The notes: generated by a model not told the origin, from the sequence alone. 42,013 nucleotides of DNA from a virus (IMGVR_UViG_3300032320_000269:1-42013), one strand, 5' to 3'; shown: positions 29,478 to 38,338, counted from the stretch's first letter. Translations and numbers: made by a program.

Positions 29478-30812
29478 TTACTCCTTTAACGCTTCTCGCA
29501 CCTGTGCATCATTAGATGCTATAACAGGACTATTAGTAGTATCACTTGCAACCTCAATAATAGTTTCAAACATATCAGGTCTAAGTGTATGCCTCACTGC
29601 AATAATCATATACTTGCCATATGTAGAAGCGTCTTTAGTATCGTTCCTATCATTTTGCGTTAAATTAAAACCCTTTAGATTTACATTCAAACCAGATGAG
29701 TAAATAAAATTTCCAGGAACTGTTATTCGTATTCTTTTCTGTAAAAGATTTGCAAATATAGATTTTCTTGCAAAAAGATAATTTTCAGAGTCATCTACAA
29801 CAGTTGCGGTTTTAGGATCATTCTTCTTAATATAAGCCGATTTTTGTCGTTGCTCCGAAGAATGTCCAACAACTACTCTTGAACCTTTTGATTGAGTGAC
29901 AGTCAAACCATGCCTATTTGGTAGAGTGCTCAGATTTAAATTTTCATTTGAATTTGAGTTATCAGTAATTTTATTAATGTCAAATGGTGTTTCAATATAT
30001 GATTGTGTGAGTGAATCATATGCAACATGAACGCCCGAATACATCCCATCTTTAATAGCTTTGATTAGATTATATTGAGATACAATCGTAACATGTCGTG
30101 CGCCAAATAATTCATTTTCAGGTTTTCCAATATTCTTAACATCAAAATTTATTGTTGCAACAGGTTTACCTTTTAGTAAACTAGTCAAAGATATAAAATT
30201 AAACCCCGATTTATTCTCAAAGAAAATATAATTTGGCAGATTATCTTTGGTTATTGACCTTCTTGCCAACCAATTCATAGCATCAAAAGGACTTAGATTT
30301 GGCATGATAAATTCATGAATACCTTTCGTTGCTTCAATAGTTCCTATTTTATTAGAAGGAGTTTTCAAATAATCTTGAATGATTATTTTAGCAACATCAC
30401 TATATAGACCTCTAAATGCTGCCGATATTTTTGTATTATCTTTACTGTATGTTATAGATTCAATCAACTCCTGAGAAACGAAACTTAACACATAAGATTC
30501 AGTTGTTTGATTTTTAATTATTCTGTTTGATTGTTTATAAATCCTAAAAGTTTTTTTGAAAATAGTTGGACCATCAGATTCATCATCCTTTGATATCTCT
30601 AACCGCAAAAAACATGATTTAAAATCTATCTTTGAAGATAGATTCTTGGAATCAACAATTACTATATTCCCTGATGCGGCAGGAAAAAGTATCGTATCAA
30701 AAAAACTTATTTCTTCAAAAAGTGCAGTTATATCAAATGTTCCTCCATTGGAAACAATCGATAGTTTCTTTACTTTGAATTGAGTTGATTGGGATACATC
30801 AATATTTGCCAT
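29478..30812 (-). CDS. Baseplate hub protein, gp27-like
   Basis: DITALFEEISFFDTILFPAASGNIVIVDS, MPNLSPFDAMNWLARRS, YIFFENKSGFNFISL, ITVPGN...GKYMIIAVRH. Located between gp53 and gp5. Confidence 0.7.
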   Translation of the reverse strand: MANIDVSQSTQFKVKKLSIVSNGGTFDITALFEEISFFDTILFPAASGNIVIVDSKNLSSKIDFKSCFLRLEISKDDESDGPTIFKKTFRIYKQSNRIIKNQTTESYVLSFVSQELIESITYSKDNTKISAAFRGLYSDVAKIIIQDYLKTPSNKIGTIEATKGIHEFIMPNLSPFDAMNWLARRSITKDNLPNYIFFENKSGFNFISLTSLLKGKPVATINFDVKNIGKPENELFGARHVTIVSQYNLIKAIKDGMYSGVHVAYDSLTQSYIETPFDINKITDNSNSNENLNLSTLPNRHGLTVTQSKGSRVVVGHSSEQRQKSAYIKKNDPKTATVVDDSENYLFARKSIFANLLQKRIRITVPGNFIYSSGLNVNLKGFNLTQNDRNDTKDASTYGKYMIIAVRHTLRPDMFETIIEVASDTTNSPVIASNDAQVREALKE

Positions 30813-30813
30813 A

Positions 30814-31464
30814 CTATACTCTTACACCTAAAACTCTTTTCAATTCATCTTTAACTGCATTGATATATTCTGGTTTTAAAAGATTAATGGTTCTTTTTGT
30901 TTCATTGTATTCAATCTCATAGTCATAATAAGTCTTTGTGCTTTTAACAATATCCACTTTATACTGTATTCCTTTCGGCACAGTAATAGTAGTGGAAGTC
31001 GGAGTGGTATTGGAATAGGTAGATACGTCTATTTGAATTATATCCTCACTATAACTACCAGTGGATATATTCGTGCTAGTTCTTGTTGTATAGTATGAGT
31101 GGATATTTGTTTTAGCCCAAGTCAATCCAGTTTGACCTGTAGTTGTATTAGCATTTGCTGTATATTTTGCATCAATAAATCTAACAAGTGTTCTTTGGTC
31201 TAGGGGGAAGTCATACTGTGGGTCAACTATATCATTCATAGCCAAAACAACCCAATGAAGTTCGGCAGAACCATATGCTTTATATGCTATGATTTCTGGT
31301 GTGTCACCATCATCAATATTGTATTTTGTAAACACAGAGGTATTTTCTTTGAACTTCTTTTCAAATGAAAATCGTGTTACAAGATTAGTCACCACATCAA
31401 CTGAATTGGTATCCAGTGCTGGTGTGTAATAAGTTTTGGGGAAAAAGTTAAAGTAATTTGCCAT
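30814..31464 (-). CDS. gp53: Baseplate wedge protein gp53
   Basis: YFNFFPK, YNIDDGDTPEIIAYKAYGSAELHWVVLAMNDIVDPQYDFPL, TYYDYEIEYNETKRTINLLKPEY. Confidence 0.92.
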   Translation of the reverse strand: MANYFNFFPKTYYTPALDTNSVDVVTNLVTRFSFEKKFKENTSVFTKYNIDDGDTPEIIAYKAYGSAELHWVVLAMNDIVDPQYDFPLDQRTLVRFIDAKYTANANTTTGQTGLTWAKTNIHSYYTTRTSTNISTGSYSEDIIQIDVSTYSNTTPTSTTITVPKGIQYKVDIVKSTKTYYDYEIEYNETKRTINLLKPEYINAVKDELKRVLGVRV

Positions 31465-31466
31465 GA

Positions 31467-32747
31467 TTACCCATTCGATCCACCAGCACCAACAGAATCA
31501 TTTATACTTTGATCTATTAAATCTTGCCTTTCTCTCGCAGTGCCACTGCCACCAGTAAATGATAATGAAAAATTCTGTGATGGGGGTCTTGTAAAATTTA
31601 TTGTATTATCTGTAGTATCTCTATCTCTACCCAATGAAGCAAACTGTCGGGATGCTTTTGTAACAATAGAAGTCTCTTTAAAATCTAAACTCATTTTTAT
31701 CCCTACTGGCATACCTGTTCTACCCATACTTGGTCCTTCATTCCCAACCTCATATGCTGCCCATCCATTTGGAGCATAATCAACATCCATACCAGTTAAA
31801 ACACAAGTTGAAACTTTAGGGATATTTACATTCTCATTACCAGCATAATGAAATTCAATATCAAACTCCGATGGTGGAACTAAAAAATACCCACTACTTC
31901 CAGGTAAAATTTCTGGTGCTTGGTGAAAAGAAAATAGGTTAATAATTCGTTGGACTGTTGCTGCTTCTTTAGCAGACCGTGGATAGAAAACAAAATCATA
32001 TCTGAATTGTCTTAGTGACGGTGAAGTATATAATACTTCAATCATTGGATTAGCAACAAATCCCTGTCCAGCAGCAGCAGTTGCTCTACCAACATCACCA
32101 AATGCGTTACCAATAGCATTAACAAAATAAGGGGAAATATTTTTTGCTAGTTGATTTCCAAATGTTTTACTATCTATACTTCCACTACTAAACTGTTTAA
32201 TAGTATCAGCAACAGATTTACCTCCTGTAAAAAGAGCCGTCACCAAATTATTCCCAAGATTTAAATCTGAATAACCTTGAGCCTGAGCAAAATTTAAAGT
32301 ATCAGGCATATATAAGGCAATAGTTTCTGTTGTTCTTCTTACAGTTCTTAAAAAATTAATATTTCCTGCATTTTTTATAGTTTGTGAAATTGCATCAGTT
32401 ATCCCTTCAGCAGCACCTACACCAAAATCTTCAAGACCCTTTGGAGTAGTAGCATTTACTACTGTTGATCCCAAAGCAGATGCACCACGACCAATAAAAC
32501 TATTTTTTCCAGCATCTATGATATTTGCAATGTCATCAGTATTATTTCGTAAAGCAGTTTGAAAATTATCACCATCTAATCTTTTTGCTTCTTGAACATA
32601 TGCGGTATCCACACCAGATAAATTATCCGTTTTATAAGAACTTTTAGTTTGTTCACAAATGTGAAAAATGATGTAATGATATTTTTCCCCTTTGTTATCC
32701 AAATCTTCAGGATATTTGTTTATTCCTAATTCGAATTTATCTGCCAT
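31467..32747 (-). CDS. gp48: Baseplate tail tube cap gp48
   Basis: YPEDL...HYIIF, IALYMP, NPMIEVLY.SPSLRQFRYDFVFYPRSAKEA..V..II..F, P.EFDIEF, CVLT.MDVDYAPNG, G.PV...MSLDFKET. Confidence 0.9.
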   Translation of the reverse strand: MADKFELGINKYPEDLDNKGEKYHYIIFHICEQTKSSYKTDNLSGVDTAYVQEAKRLDGDNFQTALRNNTDDIANIIDAGKNSFIGRGASALGSTVVNATTPKGLEDFGVGAAEGITDAISQTIKNAGNINFLRTVRRTTETIALYMPDTLNFAQAQGYSDLNLGNNLVTALFTGGKSVADTIKQFSSGSIDSKTFGNQLAKNISPYFVNAIGNAFGDVGRATAAAGQGFVANPMIEVLYTSPSLRQFRYDFVFYPRSAKEAATVQRIINLFSFHQAPEILPGSSGYFLVPPSEFDIEFHYAGNENVNIPKVSTCVLTGMDVDYAPNGWAAYEVGNEGPSMGRTGMPVGIKMSLDFKETSIVTKASRQFASLGRDRDTTDNTINFTRPPSQNFSLSFTGGSGTARERQDLIDQSINDSVGAGGSNG

Positions 32748-32786
32748 ATATAGTTTCTTAAAGTGAAAGTTTATAACCTGTGAGAG

Positions 32787-32794
32787 TATTTATG
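32787..32794 (-). promoter_or_regulatory. Late promoter variant CATAAATA driving the gp48 operon; overlaps the antisense of the gp4 start codon
   Basis: + strand tatttatg at 32787-32794, in the divergent junction. Confidence 0.6.
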
Positions 32795-33223
32795 TCATAT
32801 AAAGGAAAGTTTTATCCCCAAAATCCACTAAAGTATAGGGGCAACCCATCCAACATTATCTATCGTTCCTCATGGGAGCTACGAGTTATGAAGTATTTGG
32901 ATGATAACCCCTCCGTTGTCTGGTGGGCATCGGAAGAACTACCCATACCCTATTACAGTCCTGTGGATAAGAAGAAGCACCGATACTTCCCTGATTTCAT
33001 TGCTCAAATGAAACTGAAGGATGGGAAAGTTATGACTTACATCATTGAAGTCAAACCCGACCGAGAAACAAGACCCCCCACACAAAAGAAGAAGACCAAA
33101 CGGTTCATTCAGGAATCCATTACCTATGTCATCAACGAGTGTAAGTGGAAAGCAGCAACCGAGTTCTGTAAAGACCACGGATGGCAGTTCAAGTTAATCA
33201 CCGAGAAAGACTTGGGCATTTGA
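32792..33223 (+). CDS. gp4: Head completion nuclease gp4 (TnsA-like endonuclease fold)
   Basis: MSYKGKFYPQNPLKYRGNPSNIIYRSSWEL..MKYLD.NPSV.WW.SEE..IPY.SPVD.K.HRYFPDF...IEVKP...KWKAA.EFC...GW.FKLITE. ATG 32792 is preferred over GTG 32780. Confidence 0.93.
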   Translation: MSYKGKFYPQNPLKYRGNPSNIIYRSSWELRVMKYLDDNPSVVWWASEELPIPYYSPVDKKKHRYFPDFIAQMKLKDGKVMTYIIEVKPDRETRPPTQKKKTKRFIQESITYVINECKWKAATEFCKDHGWQFKLITEKDLGI

Positions 33224-33231
33224 GATAAATA
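33224..33231 (+). promoter_or_regulatory. Late promoter variant GATAAATA, 4 nt upstream of the gp2 ATG
   Basis: 7/8 match to the consensus in a 12-nt intergenic gap. Confidence 0.6.
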
Positions 33232-33235
33232 GGTC

Positions 33236-33817
33236 ATGGCGAAAACACTTTTAGATAGAATTAAATCATCACTGGCAAAACAGGGCATTGAACCACGCAC
33301 TGTTCAGTCAAGAGATTGGTTGAAAAACAAAATCAAAGAGCTCAAACCAACTCAGGCAACATTAATGTCTGATAGGAAGAGGCTCAAGGATTCGTCCATA
33401 ATTGGAAAGATGTATTTCTATTTTTATGATCCGAAAACGAAAGATTCGATGCCATACTACGATAGGTTCCCATTGGTTATTCCAATAGAACGATACAAAG
33501 ATGGATTCTTAGGGTTGAACTTACATTACATACACCCAAGGCATCGGATTAATCTATTGGACAAACTTAGTGAGATTGCATCCAACAAAACCTATAATGA
33601 AAATACCAAACTGCGAATTAGTTATGATTACCTAGCAGCATCATCAAAAGCATTTGAAGCAACGCCATGTATCAAACGATATTTGTTCAGTCATGTAGAA
33701 TCTCGTTTCTTAGAAATACATGCCGATGAATGGGACATAGCAGTTCTGCTGCCTATGGAATCTTTTGTGGGAGCAACAACAAATAAGGTATTCGCAGAAT
33801 CAGAGGACAAATTTTAA
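33236..33817 (+). CDS. gp2: DNA end protector protein gp2
   Basis: GKMYFYFYDPKTKDSMPYYDRFPLV......GFLGLNLHY..P..R..LLDKL, PCIKRYLFSHV.S, EWDIAVLLP.E.F. Confidence 0.93.
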   Translation: MAKTLLDRIKSSLAKQGIEPRTVQSRDWLKNKIKELKPTQATLMSDRKRLKDSSIIGKMYFYFYDPKTKDSMPYYDRFPLVIPIERYKDGFLGLNLHYIHPRHRINLLDKLSEIASNKTYNENTKLRISYDYLAASSKAFEATPCIKRYLFSHVESRFLEIHADEWDIAVLLPMESFVGATTNKVFAESEDKF

Positions 33818-34401
33818 TGTCATTACAGAGATTTAGAGAAAATATTAATGGTCTTGGTGGATTAGCTAAAACTAATCGATTTAAAGTTTTAATAGTCATA
33901 CCAACAATTCTTGGAACATCCTTCGATACTATGCAGACACTTAGTCTATTATGTGAAACGGCGGAACTTCCAGGTAAAACTTTGCAAACTGCTGATGTCA
34001 AAGTATATGGTCCAACTTATAAAGTTCCCTACCAAAAACAATTTCAAGATATCAGTTTAACTTTCTTATGTTCTGTTAATGGACTTGAAAGAACTCTTTT
34101 TGATAGATGGATTGAAAAAATTATGCCATCAAGCACAAGTAACCTTAGATTTAGAGATGACTATCTAACAACTATTAGGATATTACATTTGAATGATGCA
34201 GAAGGTTCGAGCATCAACCAATTTACTGGTGAAGAATTTACAAATGAAGCAGTTAAAGATGTGGGTGGACCGATCATAAAAGAAGTTCTGTTAGAAGATG
34301 TTTTTCCACTAGGATATGCAGCACAACAATTAAATTGGGGTGATGATGGATTTCAGAAATTAACAGTGCAATTTTCTTATCGTAGTTTTATAGAAAAATA
34401 A
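33817..34401 (+). CDS. Tail tube initiator, gp54/gp19-like
   Basis: GGLAKTNRFKV.I, LLCETAELPGKTL.T, YGP.YKVPY...F.DI.LTF, LEDVFP......LNWG....QKLTVQFSYR. Confidence 0.8.
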   Translation: MSLQRFRENINGLGGLAKTNRFKVLIVIPTILGTSFDTMQTLSLLCETAELPGKTLQTADVKVYGPTYKVPYQKQFQDISLTFLCSVNGLERTLFDRWIEKIMPSSTSNLRFRDDYLTTIRILHLNDAEGSSINQFTGEEFTNEAVKDVGGPIIKEVLLEDVFPLGYAAQQLNWGDDGFQKLTVQFSYRSFIEK

Positions 34402-34413
34402 TGGAGATATACT

Positions 34414-35145
34414 ATGTTACCAAAAATTGATGTGCCTTTATATGATTTGATTTTACCTTTATCTAAAAAGAAAATTCAAATTAGACCATTCTTGGTCAAA
34501 GAAGAAAAAATACTTTTAATGGCAACTGAGTCGGAAGATGAATCAACCATTCTAACTGCCATTAAACAGATTGTTAATAATTGTTGTTTAACTGAAGATG
34601 TTGATATTGAGTTGCTACCTATTTCAGATTTAGAATTCATCTTCTTTAATCTACGTGCTAGATCAATTAGTGAAGTGGTAGAACTAAGATATAAGTGCAA
34701 TAATAAGATTAATGTGGGTGAAGAAGAAAGAGTATGTGGGAATATGGTTGAGTTTGATGTCAATATCTTGGACATCAAACCAGAAATTCCTGAGAACCAC
34801 ACTAACAAAATAGAGATATCTCCCACGATGGGAGTTGTTATGAAGTATCCAAACTTCAAAATACTTGATAAGATTTCATCGACAACCGAATCGGAAATGT
34901 TAATAGAAACTACCCTAGCATGTATTGATTACATATATGATGAAGATGAAATTTACTATGCCAAAGATGTAAGCAAAGAAGAACTGACAGATTTTCTTGA
35001 GAGTATGAATCGAGGCCAATTTTTAAAGTTACAGGAATTTTTTGAAACGATTCCTAAGATAACAAAAGAAATTGATTTCCATTGTGATAAATGTGGATAT
35101 GATGAAAAAATGGTTCTGGAGGGAATTCAAAGTTTTTTCGTTTAG
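34414..35145 (+). CDS. gp26: Baseplate hub assembly chaperone gp26
   Basis: MLPKIDVPLY.L.LP.SKKKI..RPFLVKEEKILLMA.ES, DLEFIF.NLRARSISE, MKYP, FFETIPK, C..CG....LEGIQSFF. Confidence 0.9.
   Translation: MLPKIDVPLYDLILPLSKKKIQIRPFLVKEEKILLMATESEDESTILTAIKQIVNNCCLTEDVDIELLPISDLEFIFFNLRARSISEVVELRYKCNNKINVGEEERVCGNMVEFDVNILDIKPEIPENHTNKIEISPTMGVVMKYPNFKILDKISSTTESEMLIETTLACIDYIYDEDEIYYAKDVSKEELTDFLESMNRGQFLKLQEFFETIPKITKEIDFHCDKCGYDEKMVLEGIQSFFV
35118..35139 (+). promoter_or_regulatory. Candidate programmed -1 ribosomal frameshift signal (GGAGG, 10 nt spacer, T TTT TTC)
   Basis: In-frame X-XXY-YYZ heptamer at 35133-35139, ending one sense codon before the gp26 stop. The -1 frame continues into the gp51-like sequence. 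Confidence 0.65.
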
Positions 35146-35333
35146 TCCTTCGGCATGATACATTGGAAAATCATTTTAAAACAAATTTTGCAATGATGCA
35201 ACATCACAAATACAGTTGGAGTGAATTGCATAATATGATGCCGTGGGAGAGACAAATTTATGTTGATATGTTGATACAACATATTGAAGAAGAAAATGAA
35301 AAAATAAAACTACAGCAACAATCACAAAGATAA
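35139..35333 (+). CDS. gp51: gp51-like baseplate hub assembly catalyst reading frame (absent from the ORF track; probably expressed as a gp26 C-terminal extension)
   Basis: Translates RLVLRHDTLENHFKTNFAMMQHHKYSWSELHNMMPWERQIYVDMLIQHIEEENEKIKLQQQSQR*. KTNF.MMQHHKYS..EL.NM.PWER.IY is the gp51 family motif. The first ATG is only at 35193. Confidence 0.85.
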   Translation, partial: RLVLRHDTLENHFKTNFAMMQHHKYSWSELHNMMPWERQIYVDMLIQHIEEENEKIKLQQQSQR

Positions 35334-35336
35334 GAT

Positions 35337-37406
35337 ATGGCAACTTTTAGAGACATAGTAGCAAAGCAAAGAGGGAAGGGTGAGGGCATAGGAAGTTCAC
35401 TAGCAACTGCGTTTAGTGAACGTGCTAAAGAACGCCTTGATCCAAGAAACTATTTGTTTAATAGGAAAGGCACTTTAGCCGCACTGTTCCCAAGTTTAAA
35501 AGGATATCAGGCTAAAACTGGAGATAAACTCAAAGGAGAGTCATCAGGTTTAGGTGCGGGTGCAGAATCTATTCTAAACACAGTCGCTGATCGTTTAGGT
35601 GAATTGAGATCGCAGTTTAGAATGGTAGCAAAAAACTCCATCGTTCTCCCACAGATGGCAATGGATACAAATATTACTAGACGTAATATACAAGAACTTG
35701 TTAGAATGCAGAAGGGAACACCATACCAAAAAGCAGATATGTTCTTCAAACGGTCTGCTGAAAGAGAATCTCAATATGAAAGTTCGATGAAAGCAGGAAA
35801 ACCAACTCCCGCAAAAGAAGTAAAGAAAGAAGAAAAAGATAAAAATGTTTTTCAAAAAATACTTGAATTTATCTTAGGGACAGTAGGTTCTTTATTCAGG
35901 GGACTTACTTCAGTAATTCCAGACTTAGTTAGTGGATTATCAAAGCTTTCAAGTGTGATAGGTGGCATACTTGGTATAGCAGCCAGTATGGGTCTGAAGG
36001 GAATCGCTGGTGTAGCAGGAACGATAGGAAAAGTTGCTGGCACTGCTGGACGAGTTGCGGGAAAAGTTCCAAGTTTAGGTAGGGGTCTTCTTGCTGCGGG
36101 TGCTGGTGCAGGTGCTGCTCTTGCTTCTGGAGCAGGAAGATTGTTAGGTCTTAGGAAAGCACCAGTTGGTTTAGATAGACTTCGTGGTTCTGCATCAACC
36201 TCCAATTATCTCGAAGATTTGAAATCAGGTAAAGTAGGTAAAGACATGGCAAAAAGTAAATCGTTATGGGGAAGATTTTTAGCATTCATTGAAAGAAAAT
36301 CTCCAAAATTATTTACACGAATAGGAGCACGACTAGCAACAGCAGCTTCTTTAGTTACTATTCCACTTGTTGGTTGGGTTGCTGCTGCTCTTGAATTGGG
36401 ATTTACTCTGTGGACAGCATATGAACTATATCAACTGTGGAGGGAATTTAACGACTTAGATAATGCAGCAGAAGAACGTCCTCCAACAGAAGAACGAAGT
36501 TCCAACTCTCCTGTGCCATCTCAACTGTCTACGAATAACAATAATTCAGGATTGTCTAGTTCTCCAAACATGTCCAACACATCAGGACAACAAAGCAATT
36601 CACCACAAAGACAAATACTACCAGGTGAATCGATTAGAGATGTGATTGGTCAGAGTGAAGGTGGTAAAACTGGATATAATGCATCATATGGTTTTGGTGC
36701 AGGAAAACAAGACCCACAAATTAAACAATTGTTTGGATCAAAGTATGGGGAAAATGTACAACTAACTGACCTAACAATAGGTGATGCTTTAAAATATGCA
36801 AAAGGTCGTGGTGGCAATCAAGGAGCACTAGGCAAATATCAGTTTATGCCTTCTGTTGTGGAAGGATTGTTAAGTGGTGCTCGATTAAATTTGACTGATA
36901 AGTTTAGTGCAGAAAATCAAGATAAACTGTATAACGTATACTCCAATAGAAATAAACAAGCATTAGAACAAGGTTTACAGGGAACAGGAATTCCAATAAC
37001 CGCAGATGTTTTACATTTAGCACATAGTGTTGGTGCTGGTGGGGCAATAAAACTATTGAAGCATGGAGATCAAAATGCCAAAGTTGCTGATGTTCTTGGG
37101 TTAAAGGGTGCTGCAAGATCAACTAATCCTCATCTTGAGCAAACTATTACTCAATATAAATCGCAACTAGCAGGTAAATATTCACCAAATGCTTTATCGA
37201 ACACTAACGGTATGCAGTTAAATGACGCATCACAAATGAACAGACAATTAATGATGCCAATAAGTAATAATAGTGGCACTCCAGTTGTCAATAATGTGGT
37301 GAACAACAACGGTGGTGGTGGGGGTGGAACAACATTTGTTGCCAGTGCTAATCTATATGATAAAGACCTTGTTGATTTGTTTATGGATTCGTTAGGAACA
37401 GCATAA
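35337..37406 (+). CDS. gp29-like tape measure/hub protein with a C-terminal lysozyme-like domain
   Basis: It follows gp26/gp51. It has a Gly/Ala-rich amphipathic core, a hydrophobic segment (LVTIPLVGWVAAALELGFTLW), a lysozyme-like IGQSEGG..GYNA...LTDLTIGDAL...ALGKYQFMP...KFSAENQDKL, and a C-terminal PVVNNVVNNN. Confidence 0.7.
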   Translation: MATFRDIVAKQRGKGEGIGSSLATAFSERAKERLDPRNYLFNRKGTLAALFPSLKGYQAKTGDKLKGESSGLGAGAESILNTVADRLGELRSQFRMVAKNSIVLPQMAMDTNITRRNIQELVRMQKGTPYQKADMFFKRSAERESQYESSMKAGKPTPAKEVKKEEKDKNVFQKILEFILGTVGSLFRGLTSVIPDLVSGLSKLSSVIGGILGIAASMGLKGIAGVAGTIGKVAGTAGRVAGKVPSLGRGLLAAGAGAGAALASGAGRLLGLRKAPVGLDRLRGSASTSNYLEDLKSGKVGKDMAKSKSLWGRFLAFIERKSPKLFTRIGARLATAASLVTIPLVGWVAAALELGFTLWTAYELYQLWREFNDLDNAAEERPPTEERSSNSPVPSQLSTNNNNSGLSSSPNMSNTSGQQSNSPQRQILPGESIRDVIGQSEGGKTGYNASYGFGAGKQDPQIKQLFGSKYGENVQLTDLTIGDALKYAKGRGGNQGALGKYQFMPSVVEGLLSGARLNLTDKFSAENQDKLYNVYSNRNKQALEQGLQGTGIPITADVLHLAHSVGAGGAIKLLKHGDQNAKVADVLGLKGAARSTNPHLEQTITQYKSQLAGKYSPNALSNTNGMQLNDASQMNRQLMMPISNNSGTPVVNNVVNNNGGGGGGTTFVASANLYDKDLVDLFMDSLGTA

Positions 37407-37437
37407 AAAAAACCCCACACTAGGTGGGGTTCTTTTT
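37405..37437. terminator. Bidirectional Rho-independent terminator
   Basis: A-tract, AACCCCAC-ACTAG-GTGGGGTT hairpin (37411-37431), then CTTTTT, lying between convergent genes. Confidence 0.9.
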
Positions 37438-37459
37438 GTACACTACTGAGTTAATTTAC

Positions 37460-38338
37460 TCAGTCGTTTTCTGCTAGTGACCTGAAGTATTCCAAGTCCT
37501 CATCTTCTTCTACACTAGATGCAGCAGCAGATGCCTTCGGTGCAACAAAAGTATCTTCTGCCTTAGTTGATACTGGTGCAACACCATCCAAACCAAGAAC
37601 CTTATCCAACTTTGCTTTCAATGCATCGTAAGATTTGAACTGACTTGGGTCAACAAACTCTTTGAGTGAGTATTCTTTCTTCCACAGTGCTTCCAACTTC
37701 TTGTCATCACCATCAAGTAACTCGGATGGTTTATCAAACTCGGACTTGTCGTAGTTGCGATAACCTTCGACTTGACGAATCTTGATCTTGAAGTTAGCAC
37801 CAACCCAAAAGTCAAACGGATTGAGTGGTGTCTCATCAGCAAACTCTGGATTCATTGCTTCTGAGATTTTGTCGAAGATTTTCTTACCAAACTTGTACAG
37901 TTTGATTTGACCTTCGTTCTCTGGATTTTTGGGGTCAGAGACTACTAGAATGTTTGCGATGTACGTCAAACGGCGTTTCTGCTTACGTGCGATTTCTTTG
38001 TTTGCTTCAATACCTGAGTTCCACAGAACAGAGTTATACTCCGATACAGGGTCTTTTTGATTGAGAGTGGTCAACGAGTTTTCGATGTACCAACCACCTG
38101 GTCCTTGAAAGCCATGATTCCAATAACGAACCCACGGTAATGCTTCATCACCATCTACTGCGGGTGATGGCAGAAAACGAATCACTGCCATACCATTACC
38201 TGCTTTGTCTACTTCGGGTTGCCAGAAACGGTCATCTTCTTTTGAACCTGCTTCTACGTTTGTTGATGTCGATTCGATTGCTTTGGTAAGCTTCTCGAAT
38301 GAATTGCTGTTGCGTTTAAGTTTTGAAAAATCGCTCAT
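37460..38338 (-). CDS. gp32: Single-stranded DNA-binding protein gp32
   Basis: DDRFWQPEVDKAGNGMAVIRFLP, HGFQGPGGWYIENSLTTL.QKDPVSE.N..LWNSG, KFGKKIFDKI, PFDFW.GANFK.KIR.V.GY.NYDKSEF, acidic tail EEDEDLEYFRSLAE. Confidence 0.97.
   Translation of the reverse strand: MSDFSKLKRNSNSFEKLTKAIESTSTNVEAGSKEDDRFWQPEVDKAGNGMAVIRFLPSPAVDGDEALPWVRYWNHGFQGPGGWYIENSLTTLNQKDPVSEYNSVLWNSGIEANKEIARKQKRRLTYIANILVVSDPKNPENEGQIKLYKFGKKIFDKISEAMNPEFADETPLNPFDFWVGANFKIKIRQVEGYRNYDKSEFDKPSELLDGDDKKLEALWKKEYSLKEFVDPSQFKSYDALKAKLDKVLGLDGVAPVSTKAEDTFVAPKASAAASSVEEDEDLEYFRSLAEND

Noticed and set aside
32780-33223. TnsA-like nuclease read as a transposon or homing endonuclease
   Set aside because: Sequence and synteny (next to gp2, divergent from gp48/gp53) match the core head-completion protein gp4, and I saw no terminal repeats.
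35145-35156. CUUCGG just 3' of the slippery site as a frameshift-stimulating hairpin
   Set aside because: Only the closing C-G pair forms and the stem does not extend, so I do not claim a 3' stimulator.
12419-37842. Remaining short antisense or alternative-frame ORFs inside baseplate, gp26, tape-measure and gp32 genes
   Set aside because: They overlap well-supported core genes and show no recognisable motifs.
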